A stretch of DNA of 64,000 nucleotides from Rhina ancylostomus (taxonomy: Eukaryota), in the NCBI GenBank assembly GCA_030265395.1, contig JARFYF010000118.1, forward strand, positions 16,904,508 to 16,968,507, written 5' to 3'. Below are positions 21,748-34,608 of this stretch, piece by piece (position 1 is the stretch's first letter; each line of letters begins with the position of its first letter). The translations under genes were made by a program, and so were the position numbers. The notes beneath the pieces were generated by a model. The model worked only from the letters and a program-made list of their open reading frames with translations. It did not search any database and was not told where the DNA came from.

Positions 21748-24183
21748 GTTTCGGGAAGTGTTTAAGAAATTCCTCTGAAGAGGAACTTTGAAATTATTAG
21801 ATCTTTTTTTGAATTGCCTGAGCTCTTCAACTAGTCTTATTCTCTCCTCGTGAAGTGGGATCAGATTACAGTACAGTGTTAATGCAGATTTACAGGCTGC
21901 TTCATTATACATATTTAAACAGTAGCACTGGGAGAAAGCATCAGTTATTCAATCATTTAAAAAACTGTAAAAGTATTAAATATATAATAATGACACTCAT
22001 GAAGTGAGCTAAATGACATGAAGAATCAATCCAAACCCTGATATTTTCAACTTTTTGCACCATTATTGCTGCCAATAGCCAGTCCCATCATTTCTACAGA
22101 CTTCTCACAATCATTACCAATAACTGTTGTGAAGAACAAGATCTGATGCTCAGTGGATTAACCTCAGTAACTAGCTTCATTCAAGAATGAACCAGTACTG
22201 AGGCCAGATTTAGTTCTTTGGAAATAGCAACAGTAGTATTACAAAGCAGAGTTTATCTATTTATTTTAATTGGAGACAATTGACTCTGACATCATGCGCA
22301 AGACGTACAACACCTTGCGTGCTCTTGTAACCTAACAAATATTATTTCTTTCATCTATTTCCAAGTTGAGAAAGAGGGAATGAGCTCCTAATGGAATCTC
22401 AAGCATTCATCCAAGGGACAGATTTAGTGTTTTCTTCACAGTGAAAATGAATTCTCTCCATTTCCTACCCCTTCTAACAGCTATTACCAGACACTTATAA
22501 CAGTTGTTTTGCAATACTGATATCCAGTTAACTATGAGAATGCAGCAGCTGCCTGGTTATTACCTCAAACAGCCCAATTTTTCAACACAATTCCTTGACA
22601 GAAAGAAGAAACCGAGGAAGACCAAAGTTTCATCGCCCATTCTGTGCCTATGCAGCTTGAGCCAAGCCCTCTCTGAGGGCTTTAGTAAAAAGCCTCAAAA
22701 AATCAGAAGTAAAAATATGAATGGTGGTCTGAGTAGCCCTTACCCCCAATCACACCCCCAACCCTCAACCAGATAAACTGACCCAATTGACTCCCAGGTT
22801 GTAAGCAGTCTGAACTGCTTGTTTATCACAGGCTAATTATCACAAGAATGAATGCAACACTAGCTGTGAACAGTGACTTATTAAACATTATGCAGGCCAT
22901 TGAACAGTGAGGCTGGGAGATGCTGTGTGAAGCACCTTCAATGCGAGAGTATAGATCCATTATGCCTTATTCCTGAACCACAAGCCATGAATTCCTTTTT
23001 GTTCAGCAAATAATGAAGGTTCCCCCAAAATTGCAATTTCTGCTAAAAGCGGAGGAAATGTGTGTCGTGCGACCTTTGACATCATTAGCTTGACTGATCC
23101 TGGGAAAACTTGAGCTATGCTGAAATGAATTGCACCTGGTAGCATTGGGGACCATTTTCTAATCAACTCAGAAATGTTAGCAACCTTGATCTAACATATG
23201 CAAAATGATTGTTATGTGTATAAAAAACATGAATAAATGGGTCCAATTCCTCGGCAATTATTCACATTTTAATGCAAAGCAGAACTAATCTCATTTTCCT
23301 GCTTGTTGACCTGGCTTCTCTTCTATTTCAAATATTTGTCCCTTACAAGATACATTGTCCAAGNNNNNNNNNNNNNNNNNNNNNNNNNNNNNNNNNNNNN
23401 NNNNNNNNNNNNNNNNNNNNNNNNNNNNNNNNNNNNNNNNNNNNNNNNNNNNNNNNNNNNNNNNNNNNGGAAATAGCCTATTCAGTTCATTAAAACTCTT
23501 TAATTTTTAAAAGCTTTAAAAGATGTTTAAAATGAGAGAAAAACCTCCTCTCATTTATCACTATTCTGTAGAAATTAATTCCAGTAGCTCAAGCATCCTT
23601 GTACCAATGTCTTATCCTGCCATAATTCTGGTGAAACTATGCTGATTGCTCTTAGGTAACCATGTTCTTTCTTTTCACCAGTGTCCAAATAGTGTTCAAT
23701 GGGTTAACTAATTGCAAGAGATATTTATCATTACTATTTTAGTTTTGCATTCTGTACCCCAATTTACACTGCATGGCTGATATATGAGTACCTACAAAGG
23801 AAAGAAATGGGTTTAAGTTTCTAATGAGTTCTCAGGAGGGTCCCGCCCGAATTTTAATCTATTTTTACTTCTGAATTTGATTTTTCTCTGTTTGCATACC
23901 TACTGCCTTTGCTTAATCTCACATGGATTTAATTTACTCACTGGAAATAAAGCAAAGAATTAAGCCTAAAGATTCTGATTTATTTCCAATAGTAACTCAA
24001 AGGACATTAACATTCTTAATGAAGTTGTCAAGTGAAAATCTAATGCTGCCTCTTGTACAATGGATTAGAAACTAACCCTCTGGCCCCACTACCAAAGCAG
24101 ACATGGTGAAATTGCAAGGCTGGAGATGTGAAAACCATGTTAATCTTAATAGTATGGACTCTTTACAATATTGTCGGACGTCT

Positions 24184-25115
24184 CATAAGAACATAAGAAT
24201 TAGGAAGAAGCGTAATCTATTTGGCCCTTCGAGCCTACTGCACCATACATCAAAATAATGGCTGATCTTCTATCTGAGCATCATGTTCTTGTCCTATCCC
24301 CACATCTCTTGACTTTCTTAATATCCAGAAATCATGAATCCCTGTTTTGAATCACTATGGGCTCCAGTGTGGAGAATTCCAGGATTCACTCTTCNNNNNN
24401 NNNNNNNNNNNNNNNNNNNNNNNNNNNNNNNNGTAACTCCTGGTTCTAGATTCCTCAGCCAAGAGAACCATCCTCCCTGCATCAACCTTGCCAAACCCTG
24501 CAAAGATTCTGCAAGTTTCAATGAGATCACCTTGAATTCTTTTATACTCCGGAGGATATTGACCTAGTTTACACTAGGCCAGTATTCTCTAGTGCCAAAC
24601 TGGTCATCCCAAGAACCACTTTAGTGAATCTTTACTACATTAAAAATGGATATCCCACTATAGAGGTAATGTAATGAGACCAAATCTGTACACAATACTT
24701 TAGATTTTGTCTCACCGACACCAAAAAAATTGCAGCAAGACATTTTTTTCTGCTGTATTTAAATTCTTTAACAATAAAAGCCAACATAGCATTTGCATTC
24801 CCTGCACTCCCAACTGCTTGATTCACTTGGATTTTGGCTTACAGTGAATTATGAACAGGAACACTCATTTTGACCATCAACGTTTCATAATCAACATTTT
24901 AAAATACACTGTTATGTTTTGTGCACCAAAAAGATAACCACAGATTTTTCCACTGCCACGTACCCATTCACTCACTTGTCTGCCTGCTGTTGAAGTTTCT
25001 TTACATCGTCTTCAGTGCCGACAGACTCACCTAGTTTTCTCTCATCAGCAAATTGCCTGCTCCAAGTCATTGATATGGACTGTAAATTGCTGGGGCCAAG
25101 CACTGAACCCAGCGG
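24184..25115 (-). mobile_element. Old CR1 LINE fragment (RT C-terminal part to 3' end)
   Basis: 'cataagaacataagaattagg' end; ORF 24635..24826(-) ANAMLAFI..VRQNLKYCVQIWSH; 'gggccaagcactgaaccc' encodes GSVLGP on the minus strand. Confidence 0.8.
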
Positions 25116-25884
25116 TAGTCAAGTGGACAGCTTGATCCACATGGGATGGCACTCTGGTGTTAAGAGGCTGCAACTGGGAGTCTCTGGGGAGCACTTTCAG
25201 CACTTGGAAAGGATCTTCAGCTCTGGACCATGATGGAAACTGACATTTTCATGAACTTTTGAATTGGATCATCCTCAAGATCTAGGAGTATTTACTTTCC
25301 CCACATTAGCTAGACGGATTGGGGAAAATGGGAGTTTTTTGTCACTTGGCAATTATTCTTCCATAAACCAATACCTGTGCTGCATTATCCCTACCTTCTT
25401 CAGTCCTTGGTGGTGGAGTTGTCACACTTCGACACAGTACATTATGGATTTCACTCAACTGTCTACCACTTTCAAATCTTCCTCCAATGCTAACCCTTCT
25501 CCTGCCTTTGTTCCCGGACTATACCTGAACCTTGGAAAACGCAGAGTGGCTGACAGCTTTTGGAGGATCTGCATTTAATCCACAGGGGCGACCCTGANNN
25601 NNNNNNNNNNNNNNNNNNNNNNNNNNNNNNNNNNNNNNNNNNNNNNNNNNNNNNNNNNNNNNNNNNNNNNNNNNNNNNNNNNNNNNNNNNNNNNNNNNNN
25701 NNNNNNNNNNNNNNNNNNNNNNNNNNNNNNNNNNNNNNNNNNNNNNNNNNNNNNNNNNNNNNNNNNNNNNNNNNNNNNNNNNNNNNNNNNNNNNNNNNNN
25801 NNNNNNNNNNNNNNNNNNNNNNNNNNNNNNNNNNNNNNNNNNNNNNNNNNNNNNNNNNNNNNNNNNNNNNNNNNNNNNNNNTTG

Positions 25885-26285
25885 TTTGTATTTTTTCTAA
25901 CATCCCTCATTGGCCTAGATGTCTTCATTGATAACATCACAATTGTAATCCTGGTCTCACCTGATTAAAGATATTCACTTAATTCTCTCCATTGCTTCCC
26001 CACCTTCTACGCATTTCAAAGCCAACCGACTTTCCCTCTGACAAAGAGTCTTCAATTTGAAAATTTAACTGCTTCTCTTTCCTGATTTGCTGAGTGTTTG
26101 CAGTTATTTCATCTGAAGTTTTTGGATTTTTAATTAATTGATTTCTATCTTTCCCAGTTCTGACAAAGACTCTTCGACCTGAAGCGTTAAGTCTGCTTTT
26201 CTACCCACAGATGTTGCCTGACCTGCTGAGTGTTTCCAGCATTTTCTATTTTTATTCCAGATTCTTGGCATCTGTTCCTTCTGCT
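25885..26285 (+). mobile_element. PLE pseudo-LTR region with two tandem degenerate hammerhead-bearing units
   Basis: CTGACAA...GAAA at 26038 and CTGACAA...GAAG at 26160, each followed by the PLE tail 'cctga(tt/cc)tgctgagtgttt'. Confidence 0.65.
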
Positions 26286-26671
26286 TCGCGAAACAACTGA
26301 CTGCATAAAAGGCATCATGTAAATGGAAGTTCTTGATGGAATTATGACTCACAGAGGGAGGATCAAATCTTGTACACCTGAGATGGATTACAACAATGTT
26401 GCTGAGGTAAATGGCAGCACCATAAATCACTCACCCATACAATTCTAAATTTACATGCTAATGAAGGAATACATTTCAAAAGTTTAAAACTTTTTCTCGG
26501 CTAACCAAGTCTATACTGTTTGCCACTTTCTTTTTTTCAGAAGATCTTCAAGCAGAGTTTGTTATTCCTTGCTGTTTGTGACTTACTTTATATGGTCCCT
26601 ACTACTGAACTTATTTTTAAACTTGATTAAATCTTGCTGATGAATGGGAAAATACAACGGTCTTCCAAAAC

Positions 26672-27522
26672 GTAGAACACAGAGAAGGGGAATAGGCCCA
26701 CCATGTCTGCGCTGACCATGATGCCAATCTAAATTAATCCATCTGCCTGCACATGGTCCCTAACCCTCTAGTCCCTGTCCATTCATGTGTCTATCAAAAT
26801 GCCTCCTAGATGCTGCTGCCATATCTGCTTCTACTACCTCCCCTGGCAGCATGTTCCAGGCACCTACCACCCTCTGTGTAAAAGACTTGCCTCACACATC
26901 TCCCTTAAACTTCCCCCATCTCACCATAATCCTAGAATTTAACATTTCCACCCTGGGAGAAAGACTCTGACTATTTACCCAATGTCTCATTATTCTCAGC
27001 CTCTGACACTCAAAAACAATCCAAGTCTGGATTAAGCTCCATCTTCCATTCCTCCATCCAAATTTCCAACTGTTCTATCTTTTGTTCTATTATTTGACAA
27101 CCTTCCTCACTATCGACAACTCCAACAATTTTTGTGTCACCTGCAAACTTATGAATCAGACCACTTGCATTTTTATCCAGATCATTTATACTGTATATAT
27201 CACAAACAACAGGGATTCTAGCACTGATCTTTGCAGAACACCACTGGCCACAGACCGCCAGTTAGAAAAACACCCCTCCACCACTACCCTCTGTCTTCTA
27301 TGACCAAACTAATGTTAGAACCAACTTACCCACTCACCGCAGATCCCAAGTGACTTAATCTTTTGGACCAGCCTACCATGAGAGACGTTGTCAAATGCTT
27401 TACTAAGGTGGATGAAGACAACATCCACTGTCCTACCCTTGTTAACCATCTTTGGCACTTCCTCAAAAAACTCAATGAAATATATGAGACAGGACCTCCC
27501 TTGCACAAAGCCATGCTGACAT
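26672..27522 (-). mobile_element. CR1 LINE with internal deletion (RT fragment and 3' end)
   Basis: ORF 27315..27530(-) QHGFVQGRSCLIYFIEFFEEVPKMVNKGRTVDVVFIHLSKAFDNVSHGRLVQKIKSLGI; 3' end at 26672-27000. Confidence 0.9.
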
Positions 27523-28567
27523 TTATACAATGTTGATTAAACACCTTATGAAATAGTGACAAAATAGTCTCAAAAGTCTCCAAATAAATCTTGCATTTTA
27601 AACACACTCTAACTTTTCCTTGCATTGTGAAGATTCAAACTTGCAACAACGTTATGGCTGAACTCTTAGGATTCATCTGCATGGACTTAGTCAGCTTTCT
27701 GCTTGGGCCACTGGGCTATTGGATAGAAGAAGGATATTGGGTGTAGGATTGTAGCCAACATTCAGATAAATGCTTAAGGGGGCTTGGGTGAGCCATTGTG
27801 ATAATCAGTATTAATCTCGGACAGAGGATGTCCCAAGTTTCACCCTGGAATGATTTACCTTTCTGAGCACCCTCAGGCCTGGGATCTGCTTACTCCCAAA
27901 TTGACTTGGTGAGGAACTGACTACTTTTCCAAACAAATCTTGTGCCAAAATCGCTGTATATTTAAAGGATTCCTTGTCTTCCAGCAAGCACACCACTCTT
28001 TTCTGAAAATCATCATTAAAATTGCAACTACCCAAGAAGAGGCAGGACAGGAAGGGGAAGGTTATTGGACCAATTTTTAACAGCAAAGAGGAGATGCTGC
28101 AGCTTTCCTTATGGAAATCCCTGTAGTAAATTAAATTATCCAGTGATGGAGTGCTTTCTGCCTCTGGATGGATAGCTCAACAAAAGTCAGATGCATTGTT
28201 TTATCCTGCAGTTCAGACAGTTTAGATATTCCTGAATTCCCCAGACTCGAGAACCGTCTCCGTGAACAGGAAAATACGAACTACAACCCTGCTGTTAAAG
28301 AACTGAGGGAGAGCGAAAACAGGAAATAATTGATCTGTTTATTTGGCATTCGTATTAGGAAATACATGAGAATTTATTATCTGGGACAAACAGGGCACTT
28401 GGGAATACAATGAGAACCAACATAATTTTATGGGAAGAGGATGTTTCGAAAATCTTTCAAATATCTTTGAGGGTGCAAGATGCAACATAGACAAGGGAGA
28501 ACTAACAAATTTGCACAAATCCTTCTCAATTGGTGCAACAAGGCTCCACCACAAAATACAGTATATG

Positions 28568-29080
28568 TTCCCCTCGCCTTCACTTTCAGAATTTCAAAAT
28601 GACTCTCTGATCCACCTGTGACGCCCTGATCCACTCTTCTGTCGAGACCAACCACTCCCCATGTATGGCACTTTCCCATGCAACTTCAGGAAAATGCAAC
28701 ACCTGTCCTTTCACCTCTTCCCTTCTCACCATCCAGAGACCCCAACAGTTTTTTCCCAGTTGAAGAAGCAATTCACTTGCACTTCTTCCAGTCTAATGCA
28801 TTAATTACATTTGGTGTTCATACTGTGATCTCTGGAGAAACTAAATGCAGATTGGGTGTTCCCTTTGCAGAGCACCAGGGTTCCATACACAGGAATTACT
28901 TGACCTTCCCATTACCTGCCACTTTAATTCTTTATCCTACTCCCACTCTGATCTTTATGCCTNNNNNNNNNNNNNNNGTTACACCAGGCCCAAACCAAGG
29001 TTGAAGAACAACACCTCATCTTCCATTTGGGCACGCTGCAGACTTCCAGACTCGATATCGAACTCTCCAACTTAAGGTAA
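28568..29080 (+). mobile_element. Penelope-like element GIY-YIG endonuclease fragment, decayed
   Basis: GTFPCN..KCNTCPFTSSLLTIQ..QFTCTSS..GETKCRLGVPFAEH..PITCHFNS..EEQHLIFHLGTLQ..LDIELSNLR*. Confidence 0.88.
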
Positions 29081-29239
29081 CTTGTTCATTCTTTCTGTTT
29101 GTATCAGAACTGGCCATTGCTGCCTGTCATACATCTCTGACTTTGGTTCAGTTTTTCTTTCCTTACTAGTATAGCTCAGCCTGCTGGGCACATCCCACAG
29201 CCCTACTATTAGCAACACTTGACACAGACAACAATATAC

Positions 29240-29635
29240 TTAAGAGTTTGGGGGAATGAGCAACAACTTCTTGAAACATTTGAGCTTCTATGAAGGATGA
29301 ACAGGGTAGCTGTTGAGAAGCCATTTCCTCCAGATGGAATGTAGGACATGGTTTCTAGATAGGCTTTGGCCATTTAGGGCTGAGTTGAGAAGAAATTACT
29401 CAGATGATAGTTAATTTTTGGAATTCACAACCCCAGAAGGCTGTATCTGCTCAGTCAGGTACATTCAGGGTTCACAAAGGAACATCTTTTGGCACTGATA
29501 GGATCAAGGAATTGGACTACAGGGCAGGAAGATGGAGCTGAGGGAAAAGTTCAGCCATAATCTTTCTGAATGGAGGAGTCAGCTCACTGAGCCTCTTGAT
29601 GATTGACGCTCCTAGTTCCTATCCTCTTAAGTTCT
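29240..29635 (+). mobile_element. Degenerate CR1 3' fragment
   Basis: 'ggccatttagggctgagttgagaagaaatt...aatttttggaattc...aggaagatggagctgagg'. Confidence 0.7.
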
Positions 29636-29949
29636 TTAACAGAATTCAGCTCATGCCATTCCATGCTGACATTTCCTTCCTCTACCATGACACTAAACTT
29701 TTGACCAAAACCTCATTCTGTGACAATACTGATAGTTTCTCAGATAATTAGCAATAGGGCAGATCGAGATTCAGACTGTCCGTTATTGTGGGCCTGACAA
29801 GAGTAGTCCTTAATCTAACAGTGCCATCTCTTTCCAGTAGAGGAATTCTGATATACAAATAGGCGAGTCCAAGGAGTGAGCGTGGGGAAGAGAAAATATT
29901 GGGAGCAGATGAAACATGAAGCTGGGTTGTCAAATCACCACAGTTTCTT

Positions 29950-31600
29950 TGTGAAAGAGCTCTGCTCTTCCAAAGGACACAAAAGCTCAATTAGAATACA
30001 AGCCTGATCCAACTTTTAAATTTACCACTGATCTGTCCCTCAAGATTTCAAATGGGACTTGTATGTGTCGTGGAATAGAAACTGCTCTTAAGTGTCTTAT
30101 CAAGACACTTGAAAAATAATAATATGATTGAGTAGAGTCAACAGGGATTTATGGAAGGGAATTATCAAAGGGAGTCCTTTGAGGATGTACCTAGTTGTAT
30201 AGATGNNNNNNNNNNNNNNNNNNNNNNNNNNNNNNNNNNNNNNNNNNNNNNNNNNNNNNNNNNNNNNNNNNNNNNNNNNNNNNNNNNNNNNNNNNNNNNN
30301 NNNNNAGTGTCATTATACAATCAGTCCAGCATGGAATCCATGTGCTGTACAACAAGGCACCTAAGGGGCCAAATCTAGGGCCGGTACTCAGAACCATAAC
30401 AGAGGGGAAATTATGTGATGTATTTGGATTTTCAGAAGGGTCTCAAAAAGGTCCCATACAGGAAATTGCAGAATAAGATAGGAGCACATGGAGTGGGATG
30501 AACATAACAGCATGGATTGAATGCTGGTAGGAGACAGAAAACAAAGAATGGGAGTAAACTGGTTCTCCACAGGTTAGTAGGCTGTGACTCATGAAAATAT
30601 AAAGAGTCTTTCAGAGGAGGCAATTATGAAAGTAAATGGTATGTTGGCTTTTGTTGAAAAAAGGTTTGAGGACAAGTGGAGGGATACCTTCCACTGATGA
30701 CTACACCAGCAATATTGTATACAATTGTGTTCTCATCAAATGAATGATATACCAGCAGTAGAGAGATTGCAGTGAAGGTTCCTGGGATGGTGGGTCTGCC
30801 ATAAAAGGAGAGATTGGGTAGTCCAGCTCTCTATTCTCTAAAGCTTAAAAGAATGAGAGGCGACCTTACTGAGATGGTTATAGAATCATACAGCATAGAA
30901 AAAGGCCCCTCAGTCCACTGAGACTGCATCAACCTTCAAACACTCATTTAGACAAACCATACATTAATCATAATTTGTTCTCCCCACATTCCCAACAACT
31001 CTCCCCAGATTTAAGCTTGTACATACATATTGGGTGAAAATTACAGCAGCCACTTGACCTTGCAGCCNNNNNNNNNNCGTTTGATATGTGGGAGGAAACT
31101 GGAGCATTTGGAGGAAATCCACATAGTCACAGGAAGAATGTGTAAACCCCACAAAGACAGCACCAGAGGTCAGGATCAACCTAGGTCACTGGAGATGTGA
31201 GTCAGCAGCTCTACTACTGTGTTACTGTGCTGCCCCAAAACATACAAAATAATTAGAGAGCTCAACAAGGTACATGGAGGGATGTCTTCTGGCCTATGAG
31301 TGTAAAATTAGGGGTCTTGTCTCAAAATAAGTTGCGGACTGAAGAGAGGAGAAATTTCTTCACTAAAAGGGTGGTGAATCTTTGGAATTCTCCACTCAAG
31401 AGGGCTGTGCAACTTCATTCATTAATTGCATTCAAAACAGACACTGAATACATAGATTTCTTGATATTAGACAAATCAAGAAACATTGGGACAGAGTGAG
31501 AAAATGGTGCTGTGGTAAATGATCAGGCAGGATTTTATTGAATGGTGCAACAAGCTCATGGGGCTGAATGATCTACTCCTACTCCTATTTCCTACATTCT
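29950..31600 (+). mobile_element. Old CR1 LINE fragments (RT to 3' end) containing an N gap and a nested SINE
   Basis: 'cagtccagcatgga', 'tatttggattttcagaagg' (YLDFQK), KRMRGDLTE [SINE] TYKII, FFTKRVVNLWNS. Confidence 0.75.
30880..31236 (-). mobile_element. V-SINE/HE1-type SINE nested in CR1
   Basis: Head 'actgtgctgcccc' at 31236, core 'gggaggaaactggagcat...gacagcaccagaggtcaggatc', CR1-like tail 'atagaatcatacagcatagaaaaaggccc'. Confidence 0.85.
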
Positions 31601-34480
31601 TAATGGAAGACTTATAGATGGACAGCTGCCCTCCCTTCAGAAGGCCCCCTTCTGGCAGATGCCAGACAACAGCATAAATAGAGTGATATGCAAAGCCATT
31701 CTCGATCATTTGCTGCCATATTAACCAGGCTTAAAATCACAATTTGGTATAAAAACATCAACAATGAAACATCCATTCAACAACCATCCCCTGCAGTATA
31801 GTGAATGGTAGCCATCAGGTTCTGGCTATTAACTTTGCTGATTACTTCTGATAAACTTCGGTTGTGCTTCAGTCTGTTGTCTTTGCCCACTGTGCAGTAT
31901 TTGTTGTATGTGACATTTAACTCTTTTGGGCAGACCTCGCAGATTTAACAAGGAAGATAATCAGATCTCTAACAGGCTAATCATGATGATAAACTTCACA
32001 GAAAATATATCAATCTCAGCTTTAAAACTCCCTCCACTGATAACATGTGGGAAATGTAACTTTTTTTTACAGGTTTGTCAATTTTCCAAGCTGGGACTTA
32101 AATGTCACCCAACAGACCACACAGCTCCCATCTTTGCTTTTCTCATCACTCTGTCACAACCTTCCTTGTTTTTTTTTAACAAAGGCCAAACTCCCAATGC
32201 CAGTGAAGCCGTAAATATCTTCTTATTTCTTTGGCTTCAATAATGTTGTACTCTGTCCTTTAACTTCAGTCATTGTGTGTTGAAATCAAGGCACATCACA
32301 CAGCTTCCCCCACAAAGTTGCTCCTTCTCAAGAACATAAATAACTGTGGAACTTATAGCAGCTTAAAACATAGGAACCACACACTAATTTGCAATAACTC
32401 TGCAGGGGCATGAGAATTCTTCTGTTCATAAATGCACCAACAATCAAAGAATGAAGCACCTGTACAATGAGAGAAGTTATGTGAGAAGAACAAAGATAGA
32501 AACAGGGGTAAACTGCATAACTCCTTACATCTACTCTGTCATCCAATATCTTGGTTGAGCCGGTACCTCAATTCCAAGCCCTCGACTGATCCTCAGGTTT
32601 CTGAAGTGCCCATTAATCTCAGGGCTTGAATATACAAAATAACCCTTTACAGTGAAGAATTTCAGAGTTTCAGAGCTCTGATTAAAAAAATTCTCTTTGT
32701 CTCTGTCCTGAATGACTGACCTCTTATCTAATGGATGGGTGGTACTTATGCTGACAGTCAATTTTTTTCAGCCTTGCTGGCACTGTCCACCATAGGATGA
32801 AGCCTTTCAACTTATTTTGTTCATGTGTAGGTGGTATCTAAGGCAGCCTGCATTGTCAAATTGTTACTTTTTCCAATCTATTCCCTTCATTTGCTTGAAG
32901 TATGACTCATGCTGCTGCTTGTTTCCATGGTGATCGGAGAGCCTCCATTACCTCACCTAACTTGCCATGTGAACAGAAACGCAGGGTGTCGGCAAGATGT
33001 TCTCCTTGCCCACCATCCACAAGTGTGGAATCTCCAGCAGAGGACGCAAATTAAAAGCCTGGCTTTTTTCCCACTGCTGAACCCAGAGAAGCTAAAAGCT
33101 TTTGCATTGTCCCAACTGCTGTGCAAGACTCAGACCCTGTATCCTTTGATCTGTGTCAGTCAGGAACAAAGCATAAAATGCACTCGACAACTGTGACGCT
33201 GAGCCAAGTGTCCAAGTTTGTTTTCAACAGATTTTTCTTCTGAGAAAAAAAAAGCAAATCATCTGCTCTGAAATTATTTCCAATTAATTTCCTATCTTTC
33301 CTTCTTTGAACTCTTCAGTATTGCCTGGATTGGTTTTATAATTGGATTAGATTAAGCTGCCATATTTATTCATATACTTCTTTTGTTCCAGTTCAAATAT
33401 TTCAATGGAAAAAATGACAAAAACTGGAAAGCTCCTTTTTTTTTAAATTGGTGCTTCACAAGGAAGCCTTAGGCTTTCAAGCTCATGAAAATCTGGAAAC
33501 TAACTGTATGATAAAAAATAAATTGATGTATTTTCACTTCAAAATTAGCATTGTCAAATGGAGTCTCATACACAAAGGTTTGAGTAGTGGTCTCTCAGGA
33601 ACAATTTGCTGACGTTTTCCTCAAAGGTTAAGAGCATTGAAATTCTATTGCATTCTGAAGGATGTAGTAGTGTGGTGCAGCTGTACTGCACAATAGCCAA
33701 TGTGATAGTTAATCCTCCTCATTAAAATTTAGTTGTGACCAATGCTCGAGTCCCAATGAACTGAGCATTCCACATTTTCACAGTCGGCAGCCCATTTTCT
33801 TCCAAAATATGCCCTTCCCTTAACTCTGCAGCACTCCTCTGGTTCTCCTGGGATCAGGAACTTGTCAGAACTTTTGCATGGATGTGGGAATATCAGGTCC
33901 AGTATTCTGGCAGTCGGGGGGGATCAAGATTTGGATGCTGGAGAGGGGTTGGGGTGGAGAAGAACATCAAGGATGGTTTTCTCAAAGTCAAGACACTGAT
34001 TCTAAATGAAGGGAGGAGAGTGGGTGGGTGACACATTGGATCAGGAGACCGACTGTACATTTCCTGCCTTTTAATGTGTTAGGGTCAAATTAATGGATTA
34101 ACATGTTAATATCCTGATAGGTTTCTGTACATAAACTAACAATAATTGCTAAATGCCATATCTTTGGATAGTTTGCAAAGAGTATTCAGAAATGTATTTT
34201 TTATTAATAAGCTTCTGATAAAATTCCACATGATGGTTGAAAGCAATATTGAGGCAAGAAGGTTACACTTTGCACCAAATCTTCTCTTATAGATTTAGAA
34301 AAGGCACATTTTTCCAAGATATTTTGATTTTCATCAATAGACAGTAATCAAAATATGCTAAAAAGGAGTCGAAGAGAAATTATCCGTAGACACAAATTCA
34401 CATAAGACAAGAGAAAGACAAGGTTCAATATTGTATTCTAACAATAAATACGTTCGCTAACTGAATATGGTAACAAAGAT

Positions 34481-34608
34481 GAAAATCTAAAATGCAGATG
34501 CTAGAAATCTAAAATAAAAACAAAAAATACTGGAAGTATTCAGCAGGTATCTGCAGAAAGAAATGCTGCCTGTCCTGCTGATTATTTCCAGCATTTCCTG
34601 TTTTTACA
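34481..34608. mobile_element. Short PLE-derived fold-back insertion with 11-bp TSD
   Basis: Arms 'aaaaaatactggaagtattcagcagg' and 'cctgctgattatttccagcattt'; gtaacaaagat at 34470-34480 and 34609-34619. Confidence 0.7.
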
